From Bacillota bacterium (GTDB taxonomy: Bacteria; Bacillota; Clostridia; Saccharofermentanales; DTU023), in NCBI GenBank assembly GCA_029570375.1, contig JAKPXB010000040.1, forward strand, positions 27,464-91,463: a DNA stretch of 64,000 nt. Reading direction: 5' to 3'. Within the stretch, counting starts at the first letter, position 1; the number at the start of each line of letters is the position of its first letter. A model generated the notes under the pieces. It was not told the origin of the DNA, ran no database searches, and saw nothing but the letters and a program-made list of their open reading frames with translations. A program made the translations under genes and the position numbers. Below, piece after piece: positions 52,492 through 62,832 of the stretch.

Positions 52492-53415
52492 CTATCCCTT
52501 CGCGTAAGCGAGAGCGATGTCGGCGGCGAGGCGCGCGTTGTTCCTGACCAGCGCGATATTAGACCGCAGACTGTCGCCTTCCGTCTCCGCCGCGATCCGC
52601 GCGAGAAGGAAAGGTGAAATCTCTTTGCCTGTAATGCCTTCCCGTTCGGCGTCCTCCAAGGCGTTTGCAATCGCCCGGTCAATGGTCTCACTGTCCATCG
52701 CGTCCTCCGGCGGAACGGGGTTCGCCACCACCATGCCCCCCGGGTAGCTGAGCGCGCGGGCAATTCTGAACAGGCTGGCCGCTTCTTCAGGCGTATCAAC
52801 GCGCATGGGCAGACGGAAACCGCTTTCACGCGTATAAAAAGCCGGCATCTCGTCTGTCTGATAGCCGACGACCGGAACACCGCCCGTCTCAAGATACTCA
52901 AGCGTCCTCCCGATGTCGAGAATTGATTTAGCGCCGGAGCATATCACCGCGACCGGCGTATGCGATAATTCCTGAAGATCAGCGGAGATATCCATCGTAT
53001 TCTCCCCCTGGCGGTGAACACCGCCGATACCTCCTGTTGCGAAAAACGAAATTCCCGCCAGATGCGAAGCGATCATCGTGGCGGTGACCGTCATCGATCC
53101 GGTCAGCCCTTTGGCCAGCACATAGGGGAGGTCGCGGCGGGAAGTCTTCGTCGCACGGAGTCCTTCTTTCCCGATGCGTTCGATTTCTTCGCGGGACAGA
53201 CCGACAGCGATTTTTCCATCCAGAACACCGATCGTAGCTGGAATGACACCGCGGCGGCGAATGTCGTCCTCCACGGCCAATGCTGTCTCCACATTCTGCG
53301 GGTAGGGCATTCCGTGAGAGATAATCGTCGTCTCAAGTGAAACGACGGGCGCACCGCACTGCAGCGCGTCTCTGACTTCATTCGACAATCGGATATACTG
53401 GTTCAGCTCTTTCAT
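52492..53415 (-). CDS. psuG: Pseudouridine-5'-phosphate glycosidase
   Basis: 307 aa. ...VVSLETTIISHGMPYPQN... and ...FATGGIGGVHR... are hallmark PsuG/IndA motifs. Confidence 0.92.
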   Translation of the reverse strand: MKELNQYIRLSNEVRDALQCGAPVVSLETTIISHGMPYPQNVETALAVEDDIRRRGVIPATIGVLDGKIAVGLSREEIERIGKEGLRATKTSRRDLPYVLAKGLTGSMTVTATMIASHLAGISFFATGGIGGVHRQGENTMDISADLQELSHTPVAVICSGAKSILDIGRTLEYLETGGVPVVGYQTDEMPAFYTRESGFRLPMRVDTPEEAASLFRIARALSYPGGMVVANPVPPEDAMDSETIDRAIANALEDAEREGITGKEISPFLLARIAAETEGDSLRSNIALVRNNARLAADIALAYAKG

Positions 53416-53495
53416 AGGTTTTCCTCCTGTATAGGATATTCCATACTATTTTCTCACGACTCCGCGCTCCAAACAAACGCGAGGTTATATGGCTC

Positions 53496-54473
53496 TTATG
53501 AACGGCGGATCAGCCGGACTGACAACCCCGGACCCTCCGCACGCTGTCTGAGGACCTCCGCTGTCATAGAGCGGTTGACCGGTTCCGGCGATTCAATCAC
53601 CAGTGAAGCAGCCGCCTGCGACAGCCGGGCTGTCTGTTCCAGAGAGAATCCCTCGACGGACGCCCAGGCGAAAACTGCGGACATTGCGTCGCCGGCTCCT
53701 GTCGTATTGGCATGGCGATGAGGCGAATCATAACGCGTGGCGGCGCATCCCGCCGTATTCGCGAAAAGCGCGCCTTCTTTTCCCATCGAAATACAGACGC
53801 TTCCGACTCCGCGGTCGAGCAACCATGCCGCGGCGCGCGCCGCGTCGCTGATGGAAACAACGGAAATACCGGTCAGCTGTTCCGCCTCAAGGCGGTTGAG
53901 CTTCAGCCCTGCAAGTCTTGCGAGAACTGGCAGAAGCCGATCAGCCTTCGCCTGGGAAACAGCATCCGCGAAGACCGGGATTCCACCCCACCGGGAAATG
54001 AGATAAGCCAGAACTTCTGCCGGGAGATTGGCATCGACAAGCGCGGCTGAGACTCGTTCAGCCGAAAGGGAGCCCGCTGCCGCGACAGACTGCCAGAGAC
54101 TTACCGCCCCGGGCTCAAGCGTATCGAAAACAGACATGTCGTTGATTGCCGCCGCCATGTCGCCCGTCTCATCGTGGATCGCGACATAGCGGGAGGTAGG
54201 CATATCTTCCCGAACGAGCACATGGTGCAGGTCGAGACCGGCCTCCCGTCCGATCACATCGAGCGCGCGCCCCGCCCGGTCATCGCCTCTGGCGGAGAGA
54301 AGGATAACCTTCTGACCGAGGAGCACGAGGTTCCGCGCCATATTAAAGGCGACTCCTCCCGCGCGCTCTTCGATTGAGCCCGGGATGGAATCGCCCTGCC
54401 TGAATTTTGACCGGGCTGTCGCCAGCAGGTCAAGGTTCTGCCCGCCGGCGACAACAAAGCGACGATCATTCAT
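53496..54473 (-). CDS. psuK: PfkB-family carbohydrate kinase, probably pseudouridine kinase
   Basis: Start set to ATG 54473, 1 nt after the permease stop. It has ...GGVAFNMARNL... and the C-terminal ...NTTGAGDA... PfkB motifs. Adjacency to psuG supports the assignment. Confidence 0.7.
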   Translation of the reverse strand: MNDRRFVVAGGQNLDLLATARSKFRQGDSIPGSIEERAGGVAFNMARNLVLLGQKVILLSARGDDRAGRALDVIGREAGLDLHHVLVREDMPTSRYVAIHDETGDMAAAINDMSVFDTLEPGAVSLWQSVAAAGSLSAERVSAALVDANLPAEVLAYLISRWGGIPVFADAVSQAKADRLLPVLARLAGLKLNRLEAEQLTGISVVSISDAARAAAWLLDRGVGSVCISMGKEGALFANTAGCAATRYDSPHRHANTTGAGDAMSAVFAWASVEGFSLEQTARLSQAAASLVIESPEPVNRSMTAEVLRQRAEGPGLSVRLIRRS

Positions 54474-54474
54474 C

Positions 54475-55410
54475 TTATGATTGTCCCTTAAAGTAAGGCT
54501 GCCCCAGAGCCCTCGGCGGTGTCGACCGCTCGACAAATACCATCAGCACCAGAAGCGTCAGCACATAAGGGAGCATCTTCAAAATTTCTGAGGGCATCCA
54601 CGGCACGCCGCCGAGAATAACTGTCAGCGCCTGTGCGAAACCGAAGAGAAGGCAGGCGAGCGTCGCCCCGATCGGCTTCCAGTTCCCGAAGATGACAGCC
54701 GCGAGCGCGATAAATCCCTGGCCGCTGATAACTGTCGGCGTGAACCGGTACGCGATGGAGAGAGCCGTAATGCCGCCGCCCAGACCCGCCATCACGCCGG
54801 ACAGCGTCGTACAGATATAGCGGATGAGCGTGACATTGACGCCGAGCGTATCGGCCGCTCCGGGATGTTCACCGCAAGCCCTGACGCGCAGGCCGGTTTT
54901 TGTTTTGTACAGAATGAACCAGATCAGGAAAGCGAACAGAAACCCGAAGATCACGGTGACGTCGAACTCCGCGGACTGCAACAGCCGCGATTCCGTCTTG
55001 TCAAGCCCCAGCAGATCCATAACTTTGGGGATGCCGTTTGGCACGGTACTCGACTGGGCGGCTCCGTTAAACAGGCGGCGCGTAATGAATATCCCGACGC
55101 CGAGGCCGATAAAATTGATCGCGATTCCGGAAATGATCTGATTCCCTTTCGCCGTCACGGAGATAAACGCGTGCAGGAACGCGAGGAATCCTCCGAACAG
55201 CGCGCCGACGAGAAGTCCGGTCCACGGGTTCGCGGTGAAATATCCGACGACGGCGGCGCCGCACGCCCCAAAAGCCATCATCCCCTCGAGTCCGATGTTA
55301 TCGACACCCGCGCGCTGGGTTATAACGCCGCCGAGCGATGTAAAGATCAGAGGCGACGAGTACATCAGCGTAATTGAGACCGTCAGCAGTACTGTATTCA
55401 ATAGTTCCAT
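54475..55410 (-). CDS. ABC transporter permease (BMP/nucleoside type, subunit 2)
   Basis: Start set to ATG 55410 (aggaaggag RBS). It is a paralogue of CDS 3206-4189. Confidence 0.85.
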   Translation of the reverse strand: MELLNTVLLTVSITLMYSSPLIFTSLGGVITQRAGVDNIGLEGMMAFGACGAAVVGYFTANPWTGLLVGALFGGFLAFLHAFISVTAKGNQIISGIAINFIGLGVGIFITRRLFNGAAQSSTVPNGIPKVMDLLGLDKTESRLLQSAEFDVTVIFGFLFAFLIWFILYKTKTGLRVRACGEHPGAADTLGVNVTLIRYICTTLSGVMAGLGGGITALSIAYRFTPTVISGQGFIALAAVIFGNWKPIGATLACLLFGFAQALTVILGGVPWMPSEILKMLPYVLTLLVLMVFVERSTPPRALGQPYFKGQS

Positions 55411-55414
55411 CGCG

Positions 55415-56527
55415 TTACTCCTTCCTGTCAAGGCGTTCCGCCAATCGCGGCAGCGCGGGCGCCAGCGCGATGAAGAGGACGAGCACGCCGATCATGATCT
55501 TGATAATCTCAGTGGGAGCGCGCATCCTCGACTGAATCTCGAGTCCGCCGAATTTAAGCCCCGCGTACAGCAATCCGGCAAAGATACAGCCGATCGGGTG
55601 ATTGCCCGCAATCAGCGCCACCGCGATGCCGTCCCAGCCATACCCCTCGGACGCGCCGAGCATGGTGATATAGTACGATGTCGACATGACGAGCAGCGCC
55701 CCTCCCGTCGCGGAAACACCGCCTGAAATAAACATCGACAATATCGCGTTTCGCTTCACCGGCATCGCGGCGAATTCCGCCGCGAAACGGTTGTAGCCGA
55801 CAGCCCGGAGCTCATAGCCGAGCCGCGTGTATTTCAAAATCACCCACAGCAGAACAGAGACGCCGATCATCAAGATAATCGCGTAGCCGGCATCGGTCTG
55901 AACAAACGGTTTTAACAACGGATACTTGTCGACGAAAGACATGCCTTCTTCCGTCGATCTGAACTCCCTGCTGAAGAAATTGATTTTGGCCGAACTGAGA
56001 ATCTCCGGCGAATGCTGGGAGCCGGGAACCTTGACGCTCTTCATGTTTACGATAAAGATCATGAAGTAATAAGCGATCCAGTTGAGCATAATCGTCGAGA
56101 TAACTTCGTGGATGCCGAAGCGGTTTTTCAGCCATGACGCCAGCCCCGCGTAGACGCCTCCGATCGTGAACGCGCACAGCAGGATAAAAACGGGGTGCAG
56201 AACCGGGGGCATCGGGACGTAATATCCGATGACCGCGCCTGTGATCTGGCCGAGGATGAACTGGCCGTCCGCGCCGATATTGAACAAACCCGTCTTCCCT
56301 GCGAATGCGACAGCAAGACCGGTAAAAATGATCGGTACGGCGTCAACCAGCACCTGCATCATCCTGTTCGTGCTGGAAAAAACGCCGGTAAAGAGGTAGT
56401 TATAAGCCCGGACAGGATCGTACCCGCCGACAGCGAGCGCCACCGCCCCGAGAATAAAACCGACGATGAGAGCGAATACGACCGCCGTAAAAGGCTTTTT
56501 CAGCGCTTTAACTATCAACTTTCTCAT
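55415..56527 (-). CDS. ABC transporter permease (BMP/nucleoside type, subunit 1)
   Basis: 370 aa polytopic protein. The start overlaps the ATPase stop. It is a paralogue of CDS 2001-3209. Confidence 0.85.
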   Translation of the reverse strand: MRKLIVKALKKPFTAVVFALIVGFILGAVALAVGGYDPVRAYNYLFTGVFSSTNRMMQVLVDAVPIIFTGLAVAFAGKTGLFNIGADGQFILGQITGAVIGYYVPMPPVLHPVFILLCAFTIGGVYAGLASWLKNRFGIHEVISTIMLNWIAYYFMIFIVNMKSVKVPGSQHSPEILSSAKINFFSREFRSTEEGMSFVDKYPLLKPFVQTDAGYAIILMIGVSVLLWVILKYTRLGYELRAVGYNRFAAEFAAMPVKRNAILSMFISGGVSATGGALLVMSTSYYITMLGASEGYGWDGIAVALIAGNHPIGCIFAGLLYAGLKFGGLEIQSRMRAPTEIIKIMIGVLVLFIALAPALPRLAERLDRKE

Positions 56528-58080
56528 TGTCCACCTCCCGCCATCAGCAGCCCGATCGCCTGCTCATTCGTCTCCTCCGGATCGAGATCCGCCACAATCG
56601 AACCGTTAAATATGACGTTGATACGGTCGGCAATATCGAGAACCTCATCCAGTTCAAATGAGATAAGGAGGACAGCCCGGCCGCTGTCGCGCTGCTCGAC
56701 AAGGGCATTCCTGACGAATTCAATCGCGCCGACATCGAGACCGCGCGTCGGCTGACACGCGAGGAGGAGCGCCGGCTCCTGTTCCACCGTCCGGGCGATG
56801 ATGACCTTCTGCTGGTTGCCGCCCGATAGTTCTTTCACCGGCTGCTCCGCGCAGTCCGCAGGCCTTATATCGAATTTATCGATCTGGCCGCAGGCGTATT
56901 CGTTGACTTTTTTCCACGAAATACAGTTCAAACGGCCGGTAAACCGATGATCCTTGTAAGACTCGAGAATCAGGTTCTCCCCGACCTCGAAATCCAACAC
57001 AAGACCGCGCTTCTGCCGATCCTCATGGATGGTCCGGATCCCGGCTTTGTGTGAATCGATCGGTTGGCCGTTGGCGATATCGACGCCGTTGACAAGGATC
57101 TCGCCGGATTCCGCCTTCCGGAGTCCCGTGACCGCCTCAATCAATTCCGTCTGGCCGTTCCCATCGACGCCAGCGATCGCCAGTATCTCCCCGCGCCTGA
57201 CGTGGAGAGAGAGGTTTCGCACCTGAGGGATCCCGCGGTTATCTTTGACAGTCAGACCTTTTATCTCCAGAACTGTCTCGCCCGGGGTCGCTTTTTTCTT
57301 CTCCGTCGTCAGCTTGACCTCGCGCCCGACCATCATGGAGGCAAGTTCTTTTTCAGTCACATCACTCACCCGCACGGTGTCAATCAGTTGTCCGCGCCTG
57401 ATGACAGTGCAGTAATCGGAGGAAGCCATGATTTCCTTCAGTTTGTGCGTGATGAGGATGATCGTCTTTCCATCCTCCACGAGCCGCCTCATCGTGACGA
57501 TCAGACTGTCAATCTCCTGCGGGGTAAGCACGGCTGTCGGTTCGTCGAGAATCAGGATATCGACGCCGCGGAAAAGCGCTTTCAGAATTTCCACGCGCTG
57601 CTGAGTCGCGACGGACACATCCATGATGAGATCCTCCGGCTTGACTTCGAGTCCGTACTGCTTCCCGAATTCGCTGATACTCGCGTTCATCCGCGCGTGA
57701 TCCAGCCTGCCGAGCGATTTGGTAAGCTCGCTGCCGAGGACGATGTTCTCCGCGATTGTCATGTTCTGAACCAGCATGAAGTGCTGATGCACCATGCCGA
57801 TGCCGTTTTTAATCGCCTGCTTGGGATTGCGGATATCGACGGACTCGCCCCGCACCTTGATTTCGCCTTCGTCTTTCGTGTAAAGGCCGTATAGTATCTT
57901 CATCAGGGTCGATTTGCCCGCGCCGTTCTCGCCGAGCAGCGCGTGAATCGAGCCCTTTCGTATCCTGAGGTCAACTTTGTCAAGCGCTTTCAGTTTTCCG
58001 AAAGACTTCGAGATGCCTGTCATCTCGACAGCGTAAGGCTCCCGGGCGCTGACGTCCGATTCAATGGGGTCCTGCTTCAT
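56524..58080 (-). CDS. ABC transporter ATP-binding protein with two fused ATPase domains
   Basis: Start set to ATG 58080 (ggagag RBS). It has Walker A GENGAGKST and a second-half signature LSGGNQQKV. It is a paralogue of CDS 430-2004. Confidence 0.9.
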   Translation of the reverse strand: MKQDPIESDVSAREPYAVEMTGISKSFGKLKALDKVDLRIRKGSIHALLGENGAGKSTLMKILYGLYTKDEGEIKVRGESVDIRNPKQAIKNGIGMVHQHFMLVQNMTIAENIVLGSELTKSLGRLDHARMNASISEFGKQYGLEVKPEDLIMDVSVATQQRVEILKALFRGVDILILDEPTAVLTPQEIDSLIVTMRRLVEDGKTIILITHKLKEIMASSDYCTVIRRGQLIDTVRVSDVTEKELASMMVGREVKLTTEKKKATPGETVLEIKGLTVKDNRGIPQVRNLSLHVRRGEILAIAGVDGNGQTELIEAVTGLRKAESGEILVNGVDIANGQPIDSHKAGIRTIHEDRQKRGLVLDFEVGENLILESYKDHRFTGRLNCISWKKVNEYACGQIDKFDIRPADCAEQPVKELSGGNQQKVIIARTVEQEPALLLACQPTRGLDVGAIEFVRNALVEQRDSGRAVLLISFELDEVLDIADRINVIFNGSIVADLDPEETNEQAIGLLMAGGGQ

Positions 58081-58182
58081 GTCGTCTCTCCATAGTAATG
58101 GCCCGGACACCCCTGTATAGGAGCGCCCGGGCGGGCTTCATCAATCGTGACTCGAATCGCCTGTCATGAGGCTATCGCGTCA

Positions 58183-59217
58183 TTATCCGAGTTTTTCTTT
58201 CCAGGCTTTGAACTCTTCTTCTGTAATCGGGCAGGTGATCGTACCGTCGATAATCTTCTTCTCTACTTCTTTTGTCTTGTCGAGAATCTCTTTGGGAACA
58301 TGTTTCGATGATGTCTCGGGAATACCGACACCGCCGTCTTTCAGGCCGAAGAAGAATGTCTTGCCGCCGACTTGTTCGCCGTCAAACACTTTCTTTGACA
58401 GACCGTAAACAGCCTGATCGACGTTCTTGAGAGCGGATGTCAGCACGTTATCCGGTGCCAGCGGGCTCTGATCGAGATCGACGCCGATCACCCATTTACC
58501 CAATTCTTTCGCGGCGGTAATCGCGCCGGAACCGGCCTGGCCTGCCGCGTGATAGACAATATCCGCGCCATCCGAGTACATCTTGGTCGCTGTCGCTTTA
58601 CCCACCGCTGTATCACCGAAAGTATTAATGGTGACACAGTCAACCTTGATCTCCTTGCCCAGCTCTTTCGCCGCATACGCGACACCGGCCAGATAGCCGT
58701 ACTGGAAGCGGAACATGACATCGCCTTCCATGCCGAGAATGAATCCGACATGATCCGTCTTCGTCATATGACCGGCGATGTATCCGACGAGGAACGATGA
58801 TTCTTCTGAATGGAACATCGCGCCGACGGCATTCGGCAGCTCTCCGTCGGGATAGCCCACGTCAATAATCGCGTACAGCTGGTCTTTGTGAGCCTTCGAC
58901 GCGTCAGCGACGGCATCCGCCATCATGAAGCCGATGCCCCAGATGAGATCGGGTTTCTCTTCCGTCTTGCGGTCCAGGTTCGTCTTGTAATCGGCTTCTT
59001 TCGCCGACTCAAGGAAAGAGATCTCAACGCCCTCTTTCTCGAGCCGCAGCATGCCGTTCCAGGCGGACTGGTTGAAAGACTCGTCGTTGATGCCGCCGAT
59101 GTCCGTGATCATTGCCACTTTCTTCCCTTTAGTCTTGTCGTCCTTTTGTCCGCAGCTGACAACAAATGTCAGCATGAGAACCAGAACCAGAAGCAGGCAA
59201 AATAGCTTTCTTTTCAT
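58183..59217 (-). CDS. BMP-family (PnrA/TmpC-like) nucleoside-binding lipoprotein
   Basis: Start set to ATG 59217 (gaggagga RBS). It has a signal peptide with lipobox VVSCG and ...VAMITDIGGINDESFNQSAWNG..., typical of the BMP family. Confidence 0.88.
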   Translation of the reverse strand: MKRKLFCLLLVLVLMLTFVVSCGQKDDKTKGKKVAMITDIGGINDESFNQSAWNGMLRLEKEGVEISFLESAKEADYKTNLDRKTEEKPDLIWGIGFMMADAVADASKAHKDQLYAIIDVGYPDGELPNAVGAMFHSEESSFLVGYIAGHMTKTDHVGFILGMEGDVMFRFQYGYLAGVAYAAKELGKEIKVDCVTINTFGDTAVGKATATKMYSDGADIVYHAAGQAGSGAITAAKELGKWVIGVDLDQSPLAPDNVLTSALKNVDQAVYGLSKKVFDGEQVGGKTFFFGLKDGGVGIPETSSKHVPKEILDKTKEVEKKIIDGTITCPITEEEFKAWKEKLG

Positions 59218-59321
59218 TTTTTCCTCCTCGTTGATGGTGTCAGTTTTCTCTTCTGTACTTATCTGATGATTCCTGTCCAAGAATCAATACACCCATTCAC
59301 ATGGTATCTGCTTTTGTCGGA

Positions 59322-59777
59322 TCAGCGCCCTTCTTTCAGATAGCTCAAATCCTCCGGACCGAACGAATGAGGAAGCAGCGCGTCCAGCGTCATCTCCCTG
59401 TAATCTCCGGGAGCCCTGGCAGCCAGCACGAGAAGCTCCCCTGACGCGGGAACAAATTCACGAAGCACCTGACGGCAGATCCCGCACGGAAAAGCGTAGT
59501 CTTTGTTCTTGATGAAATCGGCTCCCTCTTCCGCTCCGACCACGGCAATCGCGGCAAAGGATTTAGCCCCTTCAGTAACGGCCTTGACGGCCGCCGTCCG
59601 CTCCGCGCAGATCGTCGCCCCATACGAGGCGTTCTCGACATTGGCGCCGAGGAAGATCCGACCGTCTGAAGAGAGAATCGCCGCGCCTACTTTGAAACGG
59701 GAATAAGGAGAATAACTGCTCTCTCTGGCCAGAAAGGCCTGCTCGACTAAGTGTGACTTCATCTCTTCTGTAATCAT
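59322..59777 (-). CDS. cdd: Cytidine deaminase
   Basis: It has the zinc motifs CAERTA and PCGICRQ. The start is uncertain (ATG 59777 chosen; the ORF-track start 59831 lacks an RBS). Confidence 0.88.
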   Translation of the reverse strand: MITEEMKSHLVEQAFLARESSYSPYSRFKVGAAILSSDGRIFLGANVENASYGATICAERTAAVKAVTEGAKSFAAIAVVGAEEGADFIKNKDYAFPCGICRQVLREFVPASGELLVLAARAPGDYREMTLDALLPHSFGPEDLSYLKEGR

Positions 59778-59873
59778 CCCGAAGAAACCTTTCGCGTTTG
59801 AAGATAAACAAAACGAGATTCCACTATGCATTTCGCTGAGGAATGCCTCGCCACCCGCCTGGTTGATGTTACT

Positions 59874-59882
59874 ATTTTACCA
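59874..59882 (-). promoter_or_regulatory. Extended -10 element (TGgTAAAAT) upstream of the cdd operon
   Basis: The minus strand reads tggtaaaat, about 100 nt upstream of the cdd start. No good -35 was found. Confidence 0.3.
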
Positions 59883-60032
59883 TAAACTCTCGCGATTCCG
59901 GTTTTATCACCTGTATCCGATCAAGAAAATCCAGAAGCTGTCCGGGAATGACATTGCCGCTTCACATGCCACGGCACACGGCCTGTGCTTGACACAGGCT
60001 GTCATACGGCGATTCTGTTTTTGTTCTTCTGA

Positions 60033-61613
60033 CTAATGCCCAGTTGAACCATGATCCACCGAAGGGAGGCGGCCGCTCATGCGTGTAAGCTCCCGGAGCC
60101 GCGAAGCCAGCTCCAGTGTCAGCGAACCGGGCGGCATCCGCCATTGCCAGTTTCCCTCCGCCCGGCCGGGCCGGTTCATCCGGCTGTCTTCCCCGAGGCT
60201 GAACAGATCCTGCATCTGGAAGATCACTGTCTGGCATACCGTAGTCGCCGCGGCGCGCATCATCCCCCAGACATATCCCTCTTCTTCACTGAGTCCGAGA
60301 TACTGCCTCGCGAACAAAAACTCTTCCGGCGAGGCGTTTTCCACCCAGGACGCGATGGTGTCATTGTCATGCGTACCCGTGTACAGGACGGCATTCTCCG
60401 TCAGATTGTGCGGGAGGTAATCACTCGGTACGGAGGGATCAAACGCGAACTGAAGGACTTTCATACCGGGAAAACCGGTTCGCTCGCGAAACTCGTAAAC
60501 TTCCTGCGTCATATATCCGAGATCTTCCGCGATCACCGGAAGAGGTCCGAGCTCCTCTTTGAGCGCGTCAAAAAGCGCATCGGCCGGTCCGTCAATCCAC
60601 TGGCCGCGGCGCGCCGTTTTGTCCCCGTAAGGGACTGCCCAGTACGACTCCAGCCCCCTGAAGTGATCGATTCTGATTTTGTCGTAGAGCCGGAGCTGAA
60701 AGCGAACGCGCTCAATCCACCACTCGTAATGCTGCTTCTTGTGTTCTCTCCAATCGTAGAGGGGGTTGCCCCACAACTGGCCGTCATCTGAAAAATAATC
60801 GGGGGGACAGCCGGCGACATACGTCGGGGTGAGCGTTTCATCGAGCTGAAACAGCGAGGGGTTCTGCCAGACTTCCACCGAATCCTCCGCGACATAGATC
60901 GGAAGGTCGCCGATGATCGCCACGCCCGCGCGCGTCGCGTACTCCCTGACGCGGCGCCACTGACGGAAGAAAAGAAACTGGATAAACTGCTCAAATAAAA
61001 TTTCTTCACGGTGCGATTCGGCGAAATCCACCAGCGCGACGGGATCGCGCCATTTCAGCGGTTCCGTCCACGCGCGCCACGGCGCGCCGCCCATCTCGTC
61101 TTTGATCGTCATAAACAACGCGTAATCGTTAAGCCAGGCGGAACCTTCACTCTTTCTGAATGCTTCAAACGCCTGTTTCAGCGATTCAAATGATCCGGCG
61201 CGAAAAGCTTCAAACGCGAGATGGAGCATATGGCGCCTGTTCTCCCAGAGGAGCCCGTAATCGACACGCGACGGATCGTCTCCCCAGGCGAACTGCTTCG
61301 GCACTTCTTCCGACAGGAGGCCGTCGCGGATGAGCTCGTCCGGATCGATGAGGTAGAGATTGCCCGCGCGCGTTGAGAAATTCTGATACGGAGAGTTGCC
61401 GAATCCTGTTGTCCCTAGGGGGAGAACCTGCCAATACGATTGACCAGCCAATACGAGAAAATCAATGAAATCCAACGCCTCATCGCCCATGGTTCCGATC
61501 CCATAGGGGGAAGGCAGGCTGGTGATATGCAGCAATATCCCGCTTTTTCTGCCTGTACGGCAGACTTTATAATTGTAACGATCATCAGTCAGCTTCTCGC
61601 GTTCAACGGACAT
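60033..61613 (-). CDS. malQ: 4-alpha-glucanotransferase (amylomaltase, GH77)
   Basis: 526 aa. ...SGILLHITSLPSPYGIGTMG..., ...YWQVLPLG... and ...IGDLPIYV... are typical MalQ segments. Confidence 0.92.
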   Translation of the reverse strand: MSVEREKLTDDRYNYKVCRTGRKSGILLHITSLPSPYGIGTMGDEALDFIDFLVLAGQSYWQVLPLGTTGFGNSPYQNFSTRAGNLYLIDPDELIRDGLLSEEVPKQFAWGDDPSRVDYGLLWENRRHMLHLAFEAFRAGSFESLKQAFEAFRKSEGSAWLNDYALFMTIKDEMGGAPWRAWTEPLKWRDPVALVDFAESHREEILFEQFIQFLFFRQWRRVREYATRAGVAIIGDLPIYVAEDSVEVWQNPSLFQLDETLTPTYVAGCPPDYFSDDGQLWGNPLYDWREHKKQHYEWWIERVRFQLRLYDKIRIDHFRGLESYWAVPYGDKTARRGQWIDGPADALFDALKEELGPLPVIAEDLGYMTQEVYEFRERTGFPGMKVLQFAFDPSVPSDYLPHNLTENAVLYTGTHDNDTIASWVENASPEEFLFARQYLGLSEEEGYVWGMMRAAATTVCQTVIFQMQDLFSLGEDSRMNRPGRAEGNWQWRMPPGSLTLELASRLRELTRMSGRLPSVDHGSTGH

Positions 61614-61785
61614 CTTCTCATTCCCCCTCTGTCAGTCTACCGAAATAGTAGCATACGGAATCGCCTCTGCGCGCGAACATCCCTTTGTTATGTACAATGA
61701 GGTACAGGGAATTGTATGCCGTTTGCGCGCGAACGAGCCAGCCGATCGCGACAAACAGCAGCATACCGCGAAGACACCGGGGAGA

Positions 61786-62832
61786 ATGGCTATGCTTGAG
61801 CGACTCGATTATACAATGAATCAGAGAAGACGCGAGGAATGGCAGCAGTTGCTCACGCAGGCAGGACTCCGCGAGGATCCGCCATACACCGCTGTCTTCG
61901 GTCTCTATGAAGAAGACCGGCTCATCGCCACCGGCGCGCGCGATGGCATGCGCATCAAGTGCGTCGCTGTCCACCCCGACTATCATGGAGGCGCTGTCTT
62001 CCACACACTCCTCTCCGGCATTATCACAGACGCCCTGGACGACGGCATCCGGCGGCTCTTTCTGTACACGACGCCCGGCGCCGCGCACGCCTTCGCACAC
62101 CTCGGCTTCCGGACTCTCGCGCAGACAAGAGACGGCGTCTGTTTCATGGAACGCGGTACGCCGGCTATCGACGACTATCTCGATTCGATTCGCGAACAGA
62201 CAGAAGCTTACGACGCGGTCCACGGAACCGGATCCGGCCCTGTCGAATCGATCGTCATGAACGCCAACCCTTTCACGAAAGGACACCGCGCGCTCGTGGA
62301 GAACGCGCTGACCAGAGCGAATCGCCTGCACCTCTTCATCCTCAGCGAGGACGCGTCGGCCGTACCCGCGGACATCCGCTTCCGGCTGGTTAAAGAGGGG
62401 ACGGCTGACCTCCCCGGCATCATTTACCATCCGACCGATTCCTACATCATCTCCCGCGCGTCTTTCCCCTCCTATTTTGTGAAAAAGGAGTCGGAAGCGA
62501 CGGAGACACAGGCACGCCTTGACGCGGTCCTGTTCCGCGGCAGAATTGCCCCCGCGCTCGGCATCACGAACAGAACCGTCGGCGATGAACCGCACGATAC
62601 CGTGACAGCGATCTACAACCGCTGCCTCGGCGAAGAATTCAAAGGTTCGCTGATCTTAACGATGATGCCGCGGATTAAGGCGCCGGACGGCGAAGTAATC
62701 TCCGCCTCGCGCGTCCGGCAGCTCCTAACAGAAGCGAAAACCGAAGAGATCGAACCGCTCGTCCCCGGGACAACGCTGCGTTATTTTCTGTCAACCGAAG
62801 GCAAACAGCTCGTCCGCACCTGGCACAGCTGA
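61786..62832 (+). CDS. citC: [Citrate (pro-3S)-lyase] ligase-like protein (GNAT-like N-domain plus nucleotidyltransferase domain)
   Basis: It contains ...IVMNANPFTKGHRALVE... (HxGH-type motif) and the C-terminal ...ISASRVRQLL.... The start is ATG 61786 or 61792; the ORF-track start 61690 is probably too far upstream. Confidence 0.7.
   Translation: MAMLERLDYTMNQRRREEWQQLLTQAGLREDPPYTAVFGLYEEDRLIATGARDGMRIKCVAVHPDYHGGAVFHTLLSGIITDALDDGIRRLFLYTTPGAAHAFAHLGFRTLAQTRDGVCFMERGTPAIDDYLDSIREQTEAYDAVHGTGSGPVESIVMNANPFTKGHRALVENALTRANRLHLFILSEDASAVPADIRFRLVKEGTADLPGIIYHPTDSYIISRASFPSYFVKKESEATETQARLDAVLFRGRIAPALGITNRTVGDEPHDTVTAIYNRCLGEEFKGSLILTMMPRIKAPDGEVISASRVRQLLTEAKTEEIEPLVPGTTLRYFLSTEGKQLVRTWHS

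Noticed and set aside
52443-52901. The 5' extension of the 411-aa ORF containing udp
   Set aside because: It overlaps the 3' end of psuG in another frame, and its translation is Arg-rich low complexity. An RBS-supported ATG at 52442 gives a normal-length uridine phosphorylase.
61618-62595. 325-aa minus-strand ORF antisense to the citC-like gene
   Set aside because: It is a shadow ORF with no RBS or recognisable motifs. The plus-strand product has HxGH-type and CitC-like segments.
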